A DNA stretch of 64,000 nt, from NCBI GenBank assembly GCA_002633005.1, contig NMRA01000296.1, forward strand, positions 226,399-290,398, written 5' to 3'. Shown here in pieces: positions 40,801 through 53,200 of the stretch. The stretch is from Phoronis australis (taxonomy: Eukaryota; Animalia; Phoronida). The notes under the pieces were generated by a model. The model did no database searches, had not been told where the DNA came from, and worked only from the letters and a program-made list of their open reading frames with translations. The translations under genes were made by a program, and so were the position numbers. Position 1 is the first letter of the stretch. Each line of letters starts with the position of its first letter.

Positions 40801-43800
40801 AGGTATCGTCAAGCATTACAACCGAATCACGTGACCACATTAATTTTCCTCGCGAAATTCTAGCGTACAGTTGAGTGAGTTAACCTATCCATGTGATTTC
40901 AGTGTACGAACTAAGAGAATGCGCATGCTCTTCTAAGAAACATTTTCTTTGCAGGTTAAATGGCGTCCAGTTGTTTGTGGCCTAGGTCTTCAATTGTTGC
41001 TCGGCCTGGTTATTGTGCGCTGGCCTTACGGCTACAAAGCATTCAAGTTCTTAGGGGACCAAGTGGCTGTTTTCGCGGGATACACTGACAAGGGGTCAAT
41101 TACAGTATTTGGGGAGAAGTACCTTGACCACCCCGTCGCTTTCAAGGTATTTTGCGGGAGAGAGGCGTCACGTTATTAGCAAATAACGCTTATTGAAGCC
41201 CCGTAGCATCTTCATTTAGTATCATGTTTTCAAAAGCTTCAAGTTTTTTCACGTGAAGGCTCATTTTGTCAAGGATTGTGTAGCCAGTTGCGGCAAAGAC
41301 AATCGTATAGAAAATATTGATGATCAGCAAGTATAAATGAGGATTGATGCCAAAATTGCGTATCGCCGCGCCATTAGGCCCGTGGGCGTCTGTGCGGAAT
41401 TGCGCTTATATGCGAAACTTAGGTGCATACAACAATATGCAAACCACTTGGGTAAAAAGACGGCGAAAAAGGCATTATTTCGGATACTGGTACAGGCCCA
41501 TGGGCCTTAAGGCGCGGGAATACGATAATATTTACCAAATTTCTTGAAAATGTAACAAGGAGCTCCAAAGATACAAAGGCAAACTTAAAAAAATGCCATT
41601 AGGAGGCACAGCGGTCAAAACGGGTGCGCCTATATGCGAACTAATGCATGGGCCCATGCAGGGTACATTACTTGGACTTAAATGCGAAACTTAGGCGTAT
41701 GTGCCAATATTCGAACCACTTGCGTAAAGCAAGCCGCGAAAATAGGCATCATTTCGGATATACATGTAGGTCTATGGGCCTAAAGTGCGGTATTTAAGCC
41801 TACAACGTTTACTTTTCGTTCTTAGGCTACTAAATACACAGCGTTGCATTCGCAATTACGTGACAAATGACGACCATCGTAACGACAACGAATCTTCGAT
41901 GAAACAGTCTCCATATAGCGAAAAGTAACCGTTTGAGGCAGCATCTGCAATGCCGTTCTGAGTCGAATGAAAAAGCGGACAAACGACGCCATCTTACTTG
42001 TTCCGGCACAGCCTTGGTATAGAATCCCCGTATTTGTCTAATTTGCCGTTGGTTTGGCGAGCACATTTGCCAAAGAAGTCCAAATATACAGCGGAGTAAA
42101 CAGTTTGTTTGCCGGTTGTAGTTGCTTGAAGGATTTAAAGATAGCCGTTCTCTTTCCCTCTGCGAGAAACACTAGTTTTCATCGGTCGGTCGTTTTAGTT
42201 CTGTACTCTACAGGATCACTAAGACCGGAAATCCTATCTTTACTCATGGCGCCCACGGGTAAATATGTCGAAACACGTTCAGATATAATGCCTTCAGATT
42301 GATCTGTCCCGTCCTCCATCAGTATGGAACAGTAGAATGATCTTGACACAGAACAGCGTTCAGTTTAAACTAATGCTCGCATTCTCATCGATGTCAATTT
42401 TGGAGTCATTACAAAAAGTAATTTTAGTGTTAAATTTATCCCTAATTAAAGCTGCATTTTGCCCATGTTTAAATGTCAATGTTAAATTCTTAACGGTTGT
42501 GCTTTCGGGTTTAAAAACATTACCACGCTTATCCGATCTTGACTTGCCACATGAGCCGTTGACTCAAGCCACAGGCAATGCGCACATGCACCATTTTTCG
42601 AATCTGCAATTTTAGGCTTGGCCGACCCCCAATAAAATCTGACGCGTGTTAGTGAGTCGCTGTTCGTTGTTCCAGTTGGTTACAGAAACAGAACCCTACC
42701 ACTGTGAGGAATATTGTGAGACCGATTTCACGAAAGAAAAAGGCGCAACGATTTTTATTTTTAGCCAGCTAAACAATTACGCGAAATGCAGCTTTATGGT
42801 ATATTCACCAAGTGACAAATTGCGCAGGAAATTTGTTACGTGATCTATTAAGTTACAAGAAATGAAATGGAATCAACGGGCAGTGACTGACTGTAGAGCT
42901 GAGGGTATCACTTGAAATGCATTTATGTCAATGGGTTCTGAGTTCTTCGTTTCATTCTCGCTATGTCTTTTGTTCGATAATTCTCCGATCAGATCGTACT
43001 TAGCCTGACTGGGCTGTGCAGCTAAAAACGAAAGTTAAGTATAACAAATTTGAACATAAACCAATAGTATTTCTGAATTCCTTGCCAAAAGCTCATCATG
43101 TTTAGTTTTTGAATCACCAAAATCGCCCAACTACAACAGAAGTTGAGACAATTTATTCTGCCAGATTTCAGTAACCCTTAGAAGCCTGGGAGTTAATTGG
43201 CCTGCTTGTTGTCATACGGGACAGTTATGCAGTGTTGGGTAGTTAACGAAGGAGCCAGATGTTATCGCACGTTCAGAACCCCTCACGTCTGGAAAAGTTG
43301 CTGAACGACAGAACGCCGTCATGTTGGGGGGTCAAAAGCGAGACATTGAAGTGTAATTATGATGACCAACGCTTTGTGCTTTCAGATACTTCCTTGTATC
43401 GTGTTCTTCTCTTGCGTCACCAACATTCTGTATTATCTCGGGTGTATACAGAGGTTGATTCAGTCGCTCGGAGGATTTATGCGTGTCACCATGGGAACCA
43501 GTGCCGTAGAATCTTTGAATGCTGCTGCCAGTATATTTCTGGGACCTGTGAGTATGTGCAACGGCAACTCGCCTGTGACTTGTCCTTTCGATGCAGCTGA
43601 GTGTAAAACGGGTGCTCTCCATCCTGTATTTTCGGAGTAGTGAACTTTCCGGGTCAGTGAATCTTCGAGGGGTAGTGAACTGTCCCTATTCTTCGTTTGA
43701 TATCCAACAGTTCAGTTACATTTTGCATTTAAGCACACGCTTTTAATTACATGCACCTCCGCCGAGGGATGAATCGGATTGATGGGGACTTTAGCAAGGA

Positions 43801-46800
43801 AGGAAGCGTAGGAATTCACTTAGTGCACTAGATTCCTGTAACTGTAATTCAAGCGTTAGGAATGTATCAAGTTATAACCTACCTTTTCATTTGTAGCTTG
43901 AATGCACGCTGATGCTTCGTCCATTTATCGACACTTTAACCTCTTCAGAACTCAACGCCGTCATGACTGCTGGATTTTCAACTGTAGCTGGAACAGTCGT
44001 GGCCGCCTACATCGAGTTTGGGGTAAGAGTGTAGGTCGTTAAAAATCTCGAATTTAGTCAGCTTCAGTTATAGTCTTGTCTGACGCCTTGTCAAGCTCGC
44101 GGCACGCGGAGAGTTGGGTGATCCAAGGAGTACTGACCACCTACTTGGTCAATTTACATTGATATAATGAAGAAATCGCAAGCACCCTCTTTTTCCCTTG
44201 TCGGACACTCCTTAGAGTCCATAGTCCACAGCTGTTGTTCGCTTGGTAATGAAACAAACAATTGCTATATCCAAAAACATGATTTCCTTAATGCCGTAAA
44301 ACTTTCTATCCGTTAATCATTTCTGTGTAGTTTATGTATATTTGCTTTTTCAGTTCATGTCTGTTGTCTCTCTTCTAGGCACCCGCGGAACACGTGGTTG
44401 CAGCTTCCATAATGTCAGCACCGGCAGCACTGGCCATTGCTAAACTGCAAGTACCAGAAACGGAGCAACCCGTAGGGCACCATGAGGTTGAGCTGGGCAT
44501 TAGGTATCAAGGTTTCTAATGAATTACCAGTGTCGACACATAGGGTGCGTTCCCGATGCTAGTCACACGCGAGACATTTGCGAAGAGACTGAATCATGGG
44601 TTTATGAAACGGAAATAATAAATATTCTCCCATATCAACTCCCATCCAATTGCTTAGTGGTGGTCGCTTTTAGTAGTCTATAACAGTAATGAGGATGCAA
44701 CTAAATTTGCGAATGAATCCCTATCAACATCTAACCACTCACTATGTGATGTGATCTTGAGTGATCTCGTCAAACTTTCCAGACATTGCCTTGTCAGAGC
44801 TCACCCCATTCTCCAGTGAAATTTTCTTTCAAGATCACGTTTACTTTGCCGACGTCAACCCCAATACACCAACATGGATCATGAAAATCCTTAGATATAC
44901 AATACATATACTTTAGCGATATCATGCAGGCTTACGGTTGTTGCATGTCACAAACCAGCCTGTCACCAACTGATGCGGAATCCATTAAGCTAACTATGGA
45001 AATATTGGACCCCACACAAATTGGGGGTCCCGCCACGTGACCACAGAAGTCTCTCCTAGGAAAATTCGTGCCATGCGGGAAGGTCGAAAACGGGACGGGG
45101 GGAACATTGTGACAACCGGACGGTGAAAATTGCAAAGACATGGAGATTGGGAATTGTGGTGAGTGGGGAGGAGTGAATTGTGGCGACTGGAGAGTAGCTC
45201 AACTTACCAAGTCCCCCGAGGTCTTATAGCTTAAGACTCCCAGAGAATTAATCCAACGTTGTTTGTCACGTATATTGTTTTGTAAGCAGAGTAAGAAAAT
45301 TTCTCAACGAACATTTTTTCGCGTCAGATGTAAGCCCATAGTGTGTAATTTTGTTGTTATTTTTTGTCTTCAAGTAAAGACAGGAACATTATCGATGCGG
45401 CGTGCCAAGGTGCCATTTCTTCGGCCAAACTAGTGACGGCAGTTGTCGTGAGCATCATAGGTTTTCTTGGAATACTGGCGTTTGTAGATGCTACCCTAAG
45501 CTATTGCGGCGGTTTGGTGGGATATCCGCAGTTGAGTTTTGAGGTAAGACAATCATATCACGAGGTCTTCTCCTGTGTTTTAAGAGTGTATCTAAATATT
45601 GAAATATTTGACAAGTCCAACTCGCGTACGCGAATAGCACTTACGAAACAACTCAATTCGTTCCGGGAAGAAATAACAAAGCACGATTTTTTTGCGAAAA
45701 CGCTGCTTCGTTCACTGCTGCGACGTCGAACTGCGCGAATTATGTTGTGTCGAAGACGTAAGAAGTCTCGCCAACAAATCTCGCCAACTCACCCGTTTTT
45801 TGTGTTCTCTTTGGTAAATGTGGTGCGTCACATACACTACAGTGTAATTATAAATACAATAGTGTGGTCACTTTGCAGGCCTACGAGCGCCGAAACGTGG
45901 TAAATACTTGACATCGGACTTGATTTTTCGCTTCATTCGCCGAAATGAAGTGGTTCCAACCATTTTTTCAATTTCAGGTAATTTCATCCTTTGTCTTTAT
46001 GCCGCTTGCATACATGATCGGAATAGAATGGAACGAGGCAGGCACTGTTGGTGGACTGATAGGAACCAAAATTTGCTTCACCGAATTCATTGCATTTCAG
46101 CAGATGCATGAACTTATAAAACAAGGACGCCTATCGGTGAGTTGGCCTATCTGCATTCACGTCCTGTTGCAGCAGAGTCAAAAGAAGATAGCAAACTTTC
46201 CCGGCAGTGCCACTCCCCGGTTCAGTCCCTAAGTTCGAGGCAACTTTTATGGAAGCAACTCCTTATCTTTATTCATGTTTTTTCCATTATGGATCGTGGA
46301 AAGTGTCCGGTAATCGAGATGGGACTATCGCAAATATTACATTTTGTACACTACAGCATGCATGCGCTTGCTTTTTCTATTATCAATTTACACAAAGTGT
46401 ATTTCAGTGTCATTCTACTAGGAGGGACATTTTGTAGACACATCGTAAATTCAAGAAACAATAAATGTTATTTACTTCGAAAATGATATGCTGAAAGTGA
46501 ATCATTCGAAAATAAATTTTTGACAAAACTGATCTGCGTTAAAATTAATTTTTACCAAACCCTAAGCGAAAATAGATTTTTTTAGGTCAGTGGAAGTGAG
46601 GAAGACGCATTAACATTCGCACAACTGAATGTAACTCGATGGCAACTACGCGTTTTAATTTTACAGACTCGAAGTGTGAGCATTACCACCTATCTTTTGA
46701 CGGGCTTCGGCAGTATTGTCTCCGTGGGCATGTACGTAGGCGTTCTCATGTCTGTTGTTCCTTCAAGGAAGCAGGACTTCAGTGCTACAGGAATACGTGC

Positions 46801-48098
46801 CGTGATTGGAGGAAACGTGGCCTGTTTCATGACAGCAGCCATATGTGGTTAGTTAATTTAGTGCGGTTGTTCAGTATTACACAGTCTAATCTTTCTCCAA
46901 CGTTTCTATATACTGTGCCGAATGGATAACCGTTCTGTCGCAAGATTTGCTTTGCCCCAGGTTTCAACGTGGAGCATGAGAATAAGCACTGGACATGTCT
47001 GGCACAATTACCACTTCATTACCAAACCTATTCGAACATACCCATCGGAGATTTCCGAACTCGCGCTTTTTCGGAAAACTGCTAGTCTACTTTTCGACAC
47101 CATGACTTTCTGAAGAGAGCCCATGGGCGCTTATTTGGAAACATGCCAAGTTGCCATGGTTGTTGCTGTTTGCTGCGCACAGATGTCATATTTGTTTATT
47201 TTTAGATAAAAACATATCCAATTTTTTGTATCAAAGCATAAAAATGTTCTTGCGATGTCTATTTAAAGAGGCATTTCAATGCCTTCGGTTTTTGGACAGA
47301 AAACAGGTTTGTCCAAAAACTAAGTTTTGATTTAGACCACTTACCGCTGTGAAATCAGTCTCAAAATTTCCCTTGGTCAAAATAGGTGTGATTTCTGGGC
47401 TTGGATGGAAATGACGCCATTTCTTCGGTTAGTCTCGTTCAATTTCAGACCACGGTGGGGCGGAAAATTTTGTGAGCCTGGTTTGAAAAAATAAACTTTT
47501 AAACGGATCATGCGCCACGCACCCATGGGAGGCGGGGGGGGGGGNNNNNNNNNNNNNNNNNNNNNNNNGACGCTTTTGTTTTGTGCAGCTTTATCCCTGA
47601 TGTCAATATGTAACATATTCCTTTAAACGTTTTGGACAACTGTACACAAAGCATAGTATTTGAAAGTTTCTCACGAAGGTAGCCAAATTTGTAAATTTTC
47701 CAGGGTCGTACGCAACCTCAACTCGAGAACATATTTCATTATTAGCAGATTAAAATTGTTGTGCTTGAAACTAATCACTATACCTGCTGCTGAGCGAGTT
47801 AGACCAGTGAATAAACTAACAAGGTCACTTTCAAATAAAGTATCCGTGGCCACTTGTTTTATTCATGTATGTATACAGCGACATCTGTGGCCGCATGTTT
47901 TATTCGTGTATTTATACAGCGCGGTCTAGTCGTTAAATGGCGACTGCAGTATTCACTTATCGAGTCCCAGTGGTTCACGTTAACTTTTCAGGTTTGTTAT
48001 ACCAGGGCTCCGAGTTGGAAGGATCAGCAATGAGAAATGTGACGGTGCTGCCGACTGCGGAAATTTTGAACGTCACCACACTGACATACTTTCCTTGA
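37819..48098 (+). CDS. SLC28A3: Concentrative nucleoside transporter family (SLC28/CNT) protein, divergent; N-terminus unresolved
   Basis: Exons 37819-37861 (tentative, ..YLKKTSPYAKW), 39586-39727, 40955-41146 (VKWRPVVCGLGLQLLLG), 43386-43547 (ILPCIVFFSC..LYYLG..MGTSAVES), 43897-44022 (SELNAVMTAGFSTVAG), 44379-44503 (ASIMSAPAALAIAKL.VPE), 45375-45543, 45978-46136 (FMPLAYMIG..GTK..EFIAF), 46667-46847 (PSRK..GNVACFMTAAICG) and 47992-48098 (tail with two NVT sequons). Junctions from 39586 onward are all in phase. The symbol marks the family, not one-to-one orthology. Confidence 0.9.
38646..38702 (+). repeat. tRNA-derived SINE head (degenerate)
   Basis: A-box-like TGGTGTAGTGG and B-box-like GAGTTCGAGTC at tRNA spacing, with no intact acceptor stem. 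Confidence 0.5.
38911..39255 (-). mobile_element. Fragment of a probable Penelope-like retroelement ORF (N-terminal region)
   Basis: The open frame ...KNLMEKLRSL...YVNRYDYDLDAAEKDFLALGNNFHVRPK...ELENLYNDI resembles the 'VINLS...L...E...L.LGLNF...P' motif that precedes Penelope-type RTs. No RT domain is present here. Confidence 0.5.
41405..41790. repeat. Two diverged ~115-bp direct repeats (41405-41518, 41677-41790)
   Basis: CTTA.ATGCGAAACTTAGG..CAATAT..AACCACTTG.GTAAA..GCGAAAA.AGGCAT.ATTTCGGATA..ATGGGCCT occurs twice. The perfect palindrome TGCATGGGCCCATGCA lies between them (41645-41660). Confidence 0.75.
47545..47568. other. Assembly gap (N run) after a poly-G tract
   Basis: 24 Ns following CATGCGCCACGCACCCATGGGAGGCG(G)n, which resembles a terminus of the CATGCGCGCACCCAG MITE family. 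Confidence 0.95.
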
Positions 48099-48577
48099 CA
48101 GCGGCCAACGACAATCCGAATTTATTTTTTAAAAAGGCTTGGAACGCCATAAACAGCCTAAATATCAATATTGAAAGTGGTTCTCTGCCACTGAAAGAAT
48201 TCAACCTGCTCACCAGGTATTTTAGGGTTTGTTTGTCAAGATTTTAAATTTCTGTTGATATTAAAGCATTTTCTTTTAGTTTCAAATTTCAAAAAACCAT
48301 CTGTCAGCTGCTTGTCACCTCGTGGATTTTTCTCACACAAGGCAAAGGACGTCTTCTTATTTGGTATGGCAAGATATAAACGTAGCACATTCCCTTTATA
48401 GGGAAAATGTGACCTTTGGCCTCAAGCAACAGAGTATGTCATGCCATTACATTCCGCACGTTTGTAACTTGAATTTGGATGGTGTATGATAAAGCTGTCT
48501 TGCGCAATAATCATACAGTGTACATGTAATGTGTTTATTTTAAAAAGGATCATCTCCTTTTCCAAAAAATTGCTGTC

Positions 48578-48660
48578 GTGGCCGGCGCTGTGGTCTGGTC
48601 GTGAGTCCGTCTGCGATTGCAGAAGCCAAAGGTCCAGGGTTCGAGCCCTGGTTGGGACAG
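48578..48660 (+). repeat. tRNA-derived SINE head (degenerate)
   Basis: T-arm CCAGGGTTCGAGCCCTGG with a B-box, preceded by an A-box-like GTGGTCTGGTCG. Confidence 0.5.
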
Positions 48661-50201
48661 GAATCTTTTCAGACTTGCAATAAGCTCACGTGATTTGATG
48701 ATGGCTCTGAGTCTAATCTATGTATATTGACTTTTACATTGTCAACACTGGAGGCTTCAGTTACAACATAATTTATTAACCTTTCTGTGGCCAACAACAT
48801 CAATATCAGCACAGCAGTGTTATCTGGCTACGTAACCAAGGCAACAGTGTAATCTGAACAATACTACTAACCAAGGCACTGCAGGGGAGCCTGTCAAAAT
48901 TCAAATCAAGCCAAAAGATTAACTGTATAGGTTTGTGGTCAACTGTTTATATGAGACCTTTTCACCAGCGCCTATGTTGGATATTTTTCATTTGCATAAA
49001 ATTTTTGGTAGTTTTTCGAAGAAATTTCACTTGACATTCAAAGCCTAATAATCCATGCCCCGACACAAATTGTCAGCAGCTGAAGGTTCACTTTTTAAAT
49101 TTGATCACCAACAGCAAACGTGAATAAAATGGGGTTAAAGAGTGCACACCGTTGGTATGTGGTTTTTCATGGAAACTCATGGGAAACAGGTTGCACTAAC
49201 CACTTAGAAGTAGGAAGAAAAGCTGGATATGACAAGAATGAAGATAGATAAAATTTCCAATTGTACTTGAAAATACTGAATCAAAACAAGCGACCCTGAT
49301 CATCTCGTGCAATAAAATTGCGAATCACAGAGACATGAATTTAAAGATAATTTTGATGACGAAACTGGAAAAAACACATTCTATTATTGAGTAATAAAAA
49401 GAGAGTGGGTATGCTGGTACCAACTACAATGTCAGTTTCCAGTCCACACTACAGGATAATCTAAACACCATGACCTCAACTTCAAATTCCAAGACATTGC
49501 TCCCTGTGAATGACAGCAAGCTTCACTTACAAAGTTTTGAGAAAATAAGATGCAAAAAACACGCAAATCCATACAAGGCTGAAACCTATGAAATTTTCAT
49601 ATTTTAGCGACATCTTTCCATTGATAACTGTGTTCTAAAACAATGAAAATAAACAGAATTTGTTAATTCATACTACTTATTGGTGACACGACACAACAGA
49701 AGTTGATCAAATCAGGGCCCTTGTGTAAGTATTACCCCTGTGTATGTTTGACCCCTGTATACATGAGGTCCCTCTTATAAATGTGTAGTCGACCCACCTG
49801 TTAAAACAGCCCTGCATCACAGTGAAGGAATTCAATGAACATCTAACCACCTTGCAATTTAACTAAGACATTTGAAATTTTGCCATTAAACAGAAAATAA
49901 CTTAGACCTATTATGCTTCACCACATTTAAATGTTACCTGTAAAGAATCTACAAATTGTTATAGAAAACCAACTTTCTTAGACTCAATGTACTTATCTGG
50001 GTAGCGGAAAAACCAAATCAAGACATAAAACTAGTTGAAAGTGCTCCACCAACCAACTTGCAGAAAAGAAAGAAAAATGAAATGGAAATTGCTAGAGTCA
50101 AAATACTCGTGATACAATTCACATATTACCTAAATTTTGTAACAAGATTGCTAACAGTAATACATTCATAACAGCACTTCAAGCCTTTAGATGCATAGAA
50201 G

Positions 50202-50240
50202 ACATGTAAACATGTAGACATGTAAACATGTAAACATGTA
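50202..50240. repeat. (ACATGTAA)n 8-bp tandem repeat, 5 units, in the presumed V-ATPase 3' UTR
   Basis: ACATGTAAACATGTAGACATGTAAACATGTAAACATGTA. Confidence 0.85.
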
Positions 50241-50286
50241 TGACCGACTACTTAGCACTATACATTACATAATTTGATTTTCACTT

Positions 50287-53200
50287 TTATTCGTTGTGAT
50301 CGTCCATCAGATGTGCAAATGAGAAAGGGACGAAGCTATAGCCATCTCCTTTGTAGAACTTGGACATCAGTTCCACCCTATAAAACAGAAATGCAGACTT
50401 AGAGGCCATAAACATACAAGTTACCTCTAATTTATAGATTCATTAAATATAGAAACATCAGTTGCATTATTTCTAAAATTACTTTACTTACCCCAGCCTC
50501 TTGGCTATTCACAATCAACTGGTACAAGAATGTAGGAGAAACAATCAAACAAAACACCGTGTCAATATTAACATAGGCTGTTGACTGGTGTAAATACTGG
50601 GATTTAATAACGACGTTATTACATTGCCACCTCAAATCAGTTCCAGAAAGTCAACAGTTTGGTTTGTAGTCACAGATTGCACCAGTTAGTGTGCAAATCT
50701 CTAGGAGGTAGCAATCTTGCTTTTTGTGTTTTGTTATTAAGTATTGGACAAGGTAGATAGCATCCTGGTACACCACTCAATGAACACAGAACAAACATTT
50801 AAACACAGGCGTGCTTTTCTTACCAATGCAGACGGAGGGTATGAAGGAAAGCAGACAGGCCTTCCATCAGACAGAGGATGACCACGGTCAGGAAAGCCCA
50901 GGGGGTAAAGACCACAGTCAGCATGGCCGCGCCAAGGTAGGTCTTGCCAAAGGTGAAGCCTATACGAAGTACCATGGTCCATAACACTTCGGAGAGTTCT
51001 ACAACAAGATAAACTTTGATCTCAGGAACAACAAAGATCAAATGGAAATCACAGATACCGCAGTTTGCAAAAAATTGTTTATCTGGTTTCAATTAAGTTA
51101 TAGAAAAACCTAGACAGGAACCACATGCAAATTAAAATGATCATTTAACAATCGCTATTTTTGCACCAAAATTTTGAGGACTTCAAAAAAGAAAAGATAC
51201 TGTCAGCATTTTCTTTGCACAACAGACAAAATAGTTGAGCAGTCGACCATGCTTTGAAACCTGAGACTTAACTTCTTTTTAATTAACATATAAATCAAGC
51301 TGGCAGCAAATTAATTTTGATTAGTCATCAACATTGTTTGACTTGGAACATCCCCCTGGTTTATGTATAACCAAATGTGATTGGTCCAGAAAAGGCAGGC
51401 TACTGTATAACCAATTACAATTGGTTCAGAACAGACAGGTCATTGTATAACCAAATGCGATTGGTCAAGAACGGTAGGTCATTTTATAATCCAATCCGAT
51501 TGGTCAAGAAAAGGTAGGTCATTAAATAACTGAATGCAATTGGTAAAGAAAAGGTGGGCACGATGACTCTACAGCTAGTACAGCTACAGTACTGTCACTG
51601 AATTATTAGACTTCATCTGGACTGCCTCCGGTCTGGCTAGGCGTGACCGTAATTGGAGACAGAATGGAGAGTGAGGTGTAAATCGACTGTGACAACTGGC
51701 GTGAGCGTAAGTGCGACTGTGCCCGGAGCTCACCGTGAGTAAGACATGAACGAAGCGCGAGCAAGCCTTGAGCCAGGCGGGCGTTTCCCTGCCTTCACTA
51801 CATCGAGACAATCTTAATTGTTGTCCTCACTAGTTTATCGTGACAAAGTACTGTATCATATTTCTAGTGACATTTCTCGTTTTGTTCAGGACACTATTTA
51901 AGATTCAATTTAGCTTTGTCTCGGCATGTTACCAAGATGGTTTATTATGACTAAATTGTTCGCTATTCACTAGAAGAGGAATCAAATGCCTTGAAATATC
52001 AAGTAATGCGCTTAAAACAAAAAATGCACTTGCGACATTACAAATTCAGAATTTCTAGCTGCTCGGTACCTATTGTCAGAAAACTTGATAGTTTCAAGGT
52101 TGCTGTACAGGGATTTTGAATTTTGAAGTGCTTCAAGTGTGATGAATAGGAAAAAGTTTGACACAAATGGTAACTTCTGCAATATGCACAGTTGAAGGAA
52201 TATGCCGAGCAAAAATCACAAGAATTTACAGTCGGTAATGAAATAAAATGATTTCAGAATATTTTTCATTTCAGCATTTTCTTTTCATTATTTGGGTCAG
52301 TGATCGACACTTAGCTGAACACCAACTCGCCAAATGCGACTTGGCGAAAATCCCAGGTCGTCAAATGCACTCACATGAGTCTAAGAATAATATCTTACAA
52401 AATCAATTAAATCATTTGTGTTCCGTACACTAAGTTATTTGGGAATAAATTCCAAAGCCTTACACCTATCTAGCTTGGGCATTTCTGGCTTTATGTTTGG
52501 GTTTGAAAATCTGGAATTTGTAATTCTTACACGCCAGAGCATAGCACGTGAATTCCTCGAACATTTATCCAAATTCCATCATCATGCGGAGAAAACTGAT
52601 CACAACCACGCATTTGACAAGTCAAATAAGTGACCACTATTAATATTTTACTGAAGAAAATACCACAAATAAACCGCACTAGGGGTTGGGGACTTAACAT
52701 GAGCTTGCACTAGGGGATGGGGATACCAGGTGCTGTCCACCCGCAGAGGGGTGCCTATTGAAATTTTCTGCGGTGCAAAAATCTACAGAGTATATGCGAA
52801 TTAACTATATCCAGCTGTGACGAGTTTCACGGAGTCCACAGCCATGTAAACACGGCTGTGAACTCAGAGTGCATTAGTTTGTCTTTACTAACCACGGTTA
52901 AGCCATTGATGGGACAGGCTTTTTAGTCATAAATTGGAAAACATAAGTGCGACGACAGACGAGCTTAAGGAGGACTTCTGATTGACTAACACGTGAAATT
53001 ACGGAGTTAGTCGGAAGCCAGTGTTGAAAGATGATTACTCAGCCAAAACGACCCGCAGGTCTAGATGTTACATGTATTTGTATCAGTCTGACGCACCATC
53101 ACAGTTACCACATCTACAAAAAGCTTGAGGGAGGCGCTAGGAAGGCATTAACCAAACCAGAGGTAAGCGTGAGGGCTACCCGGAGAGTATGCGTGAGAAA

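Noticed and set aside
51365-51558. CRISPR-like repeat-spacer array
   Set aside because: Whole units are homologous, the variable part is only 6 nt, there are no cas genes, and it lies in a eukaryotic intron.
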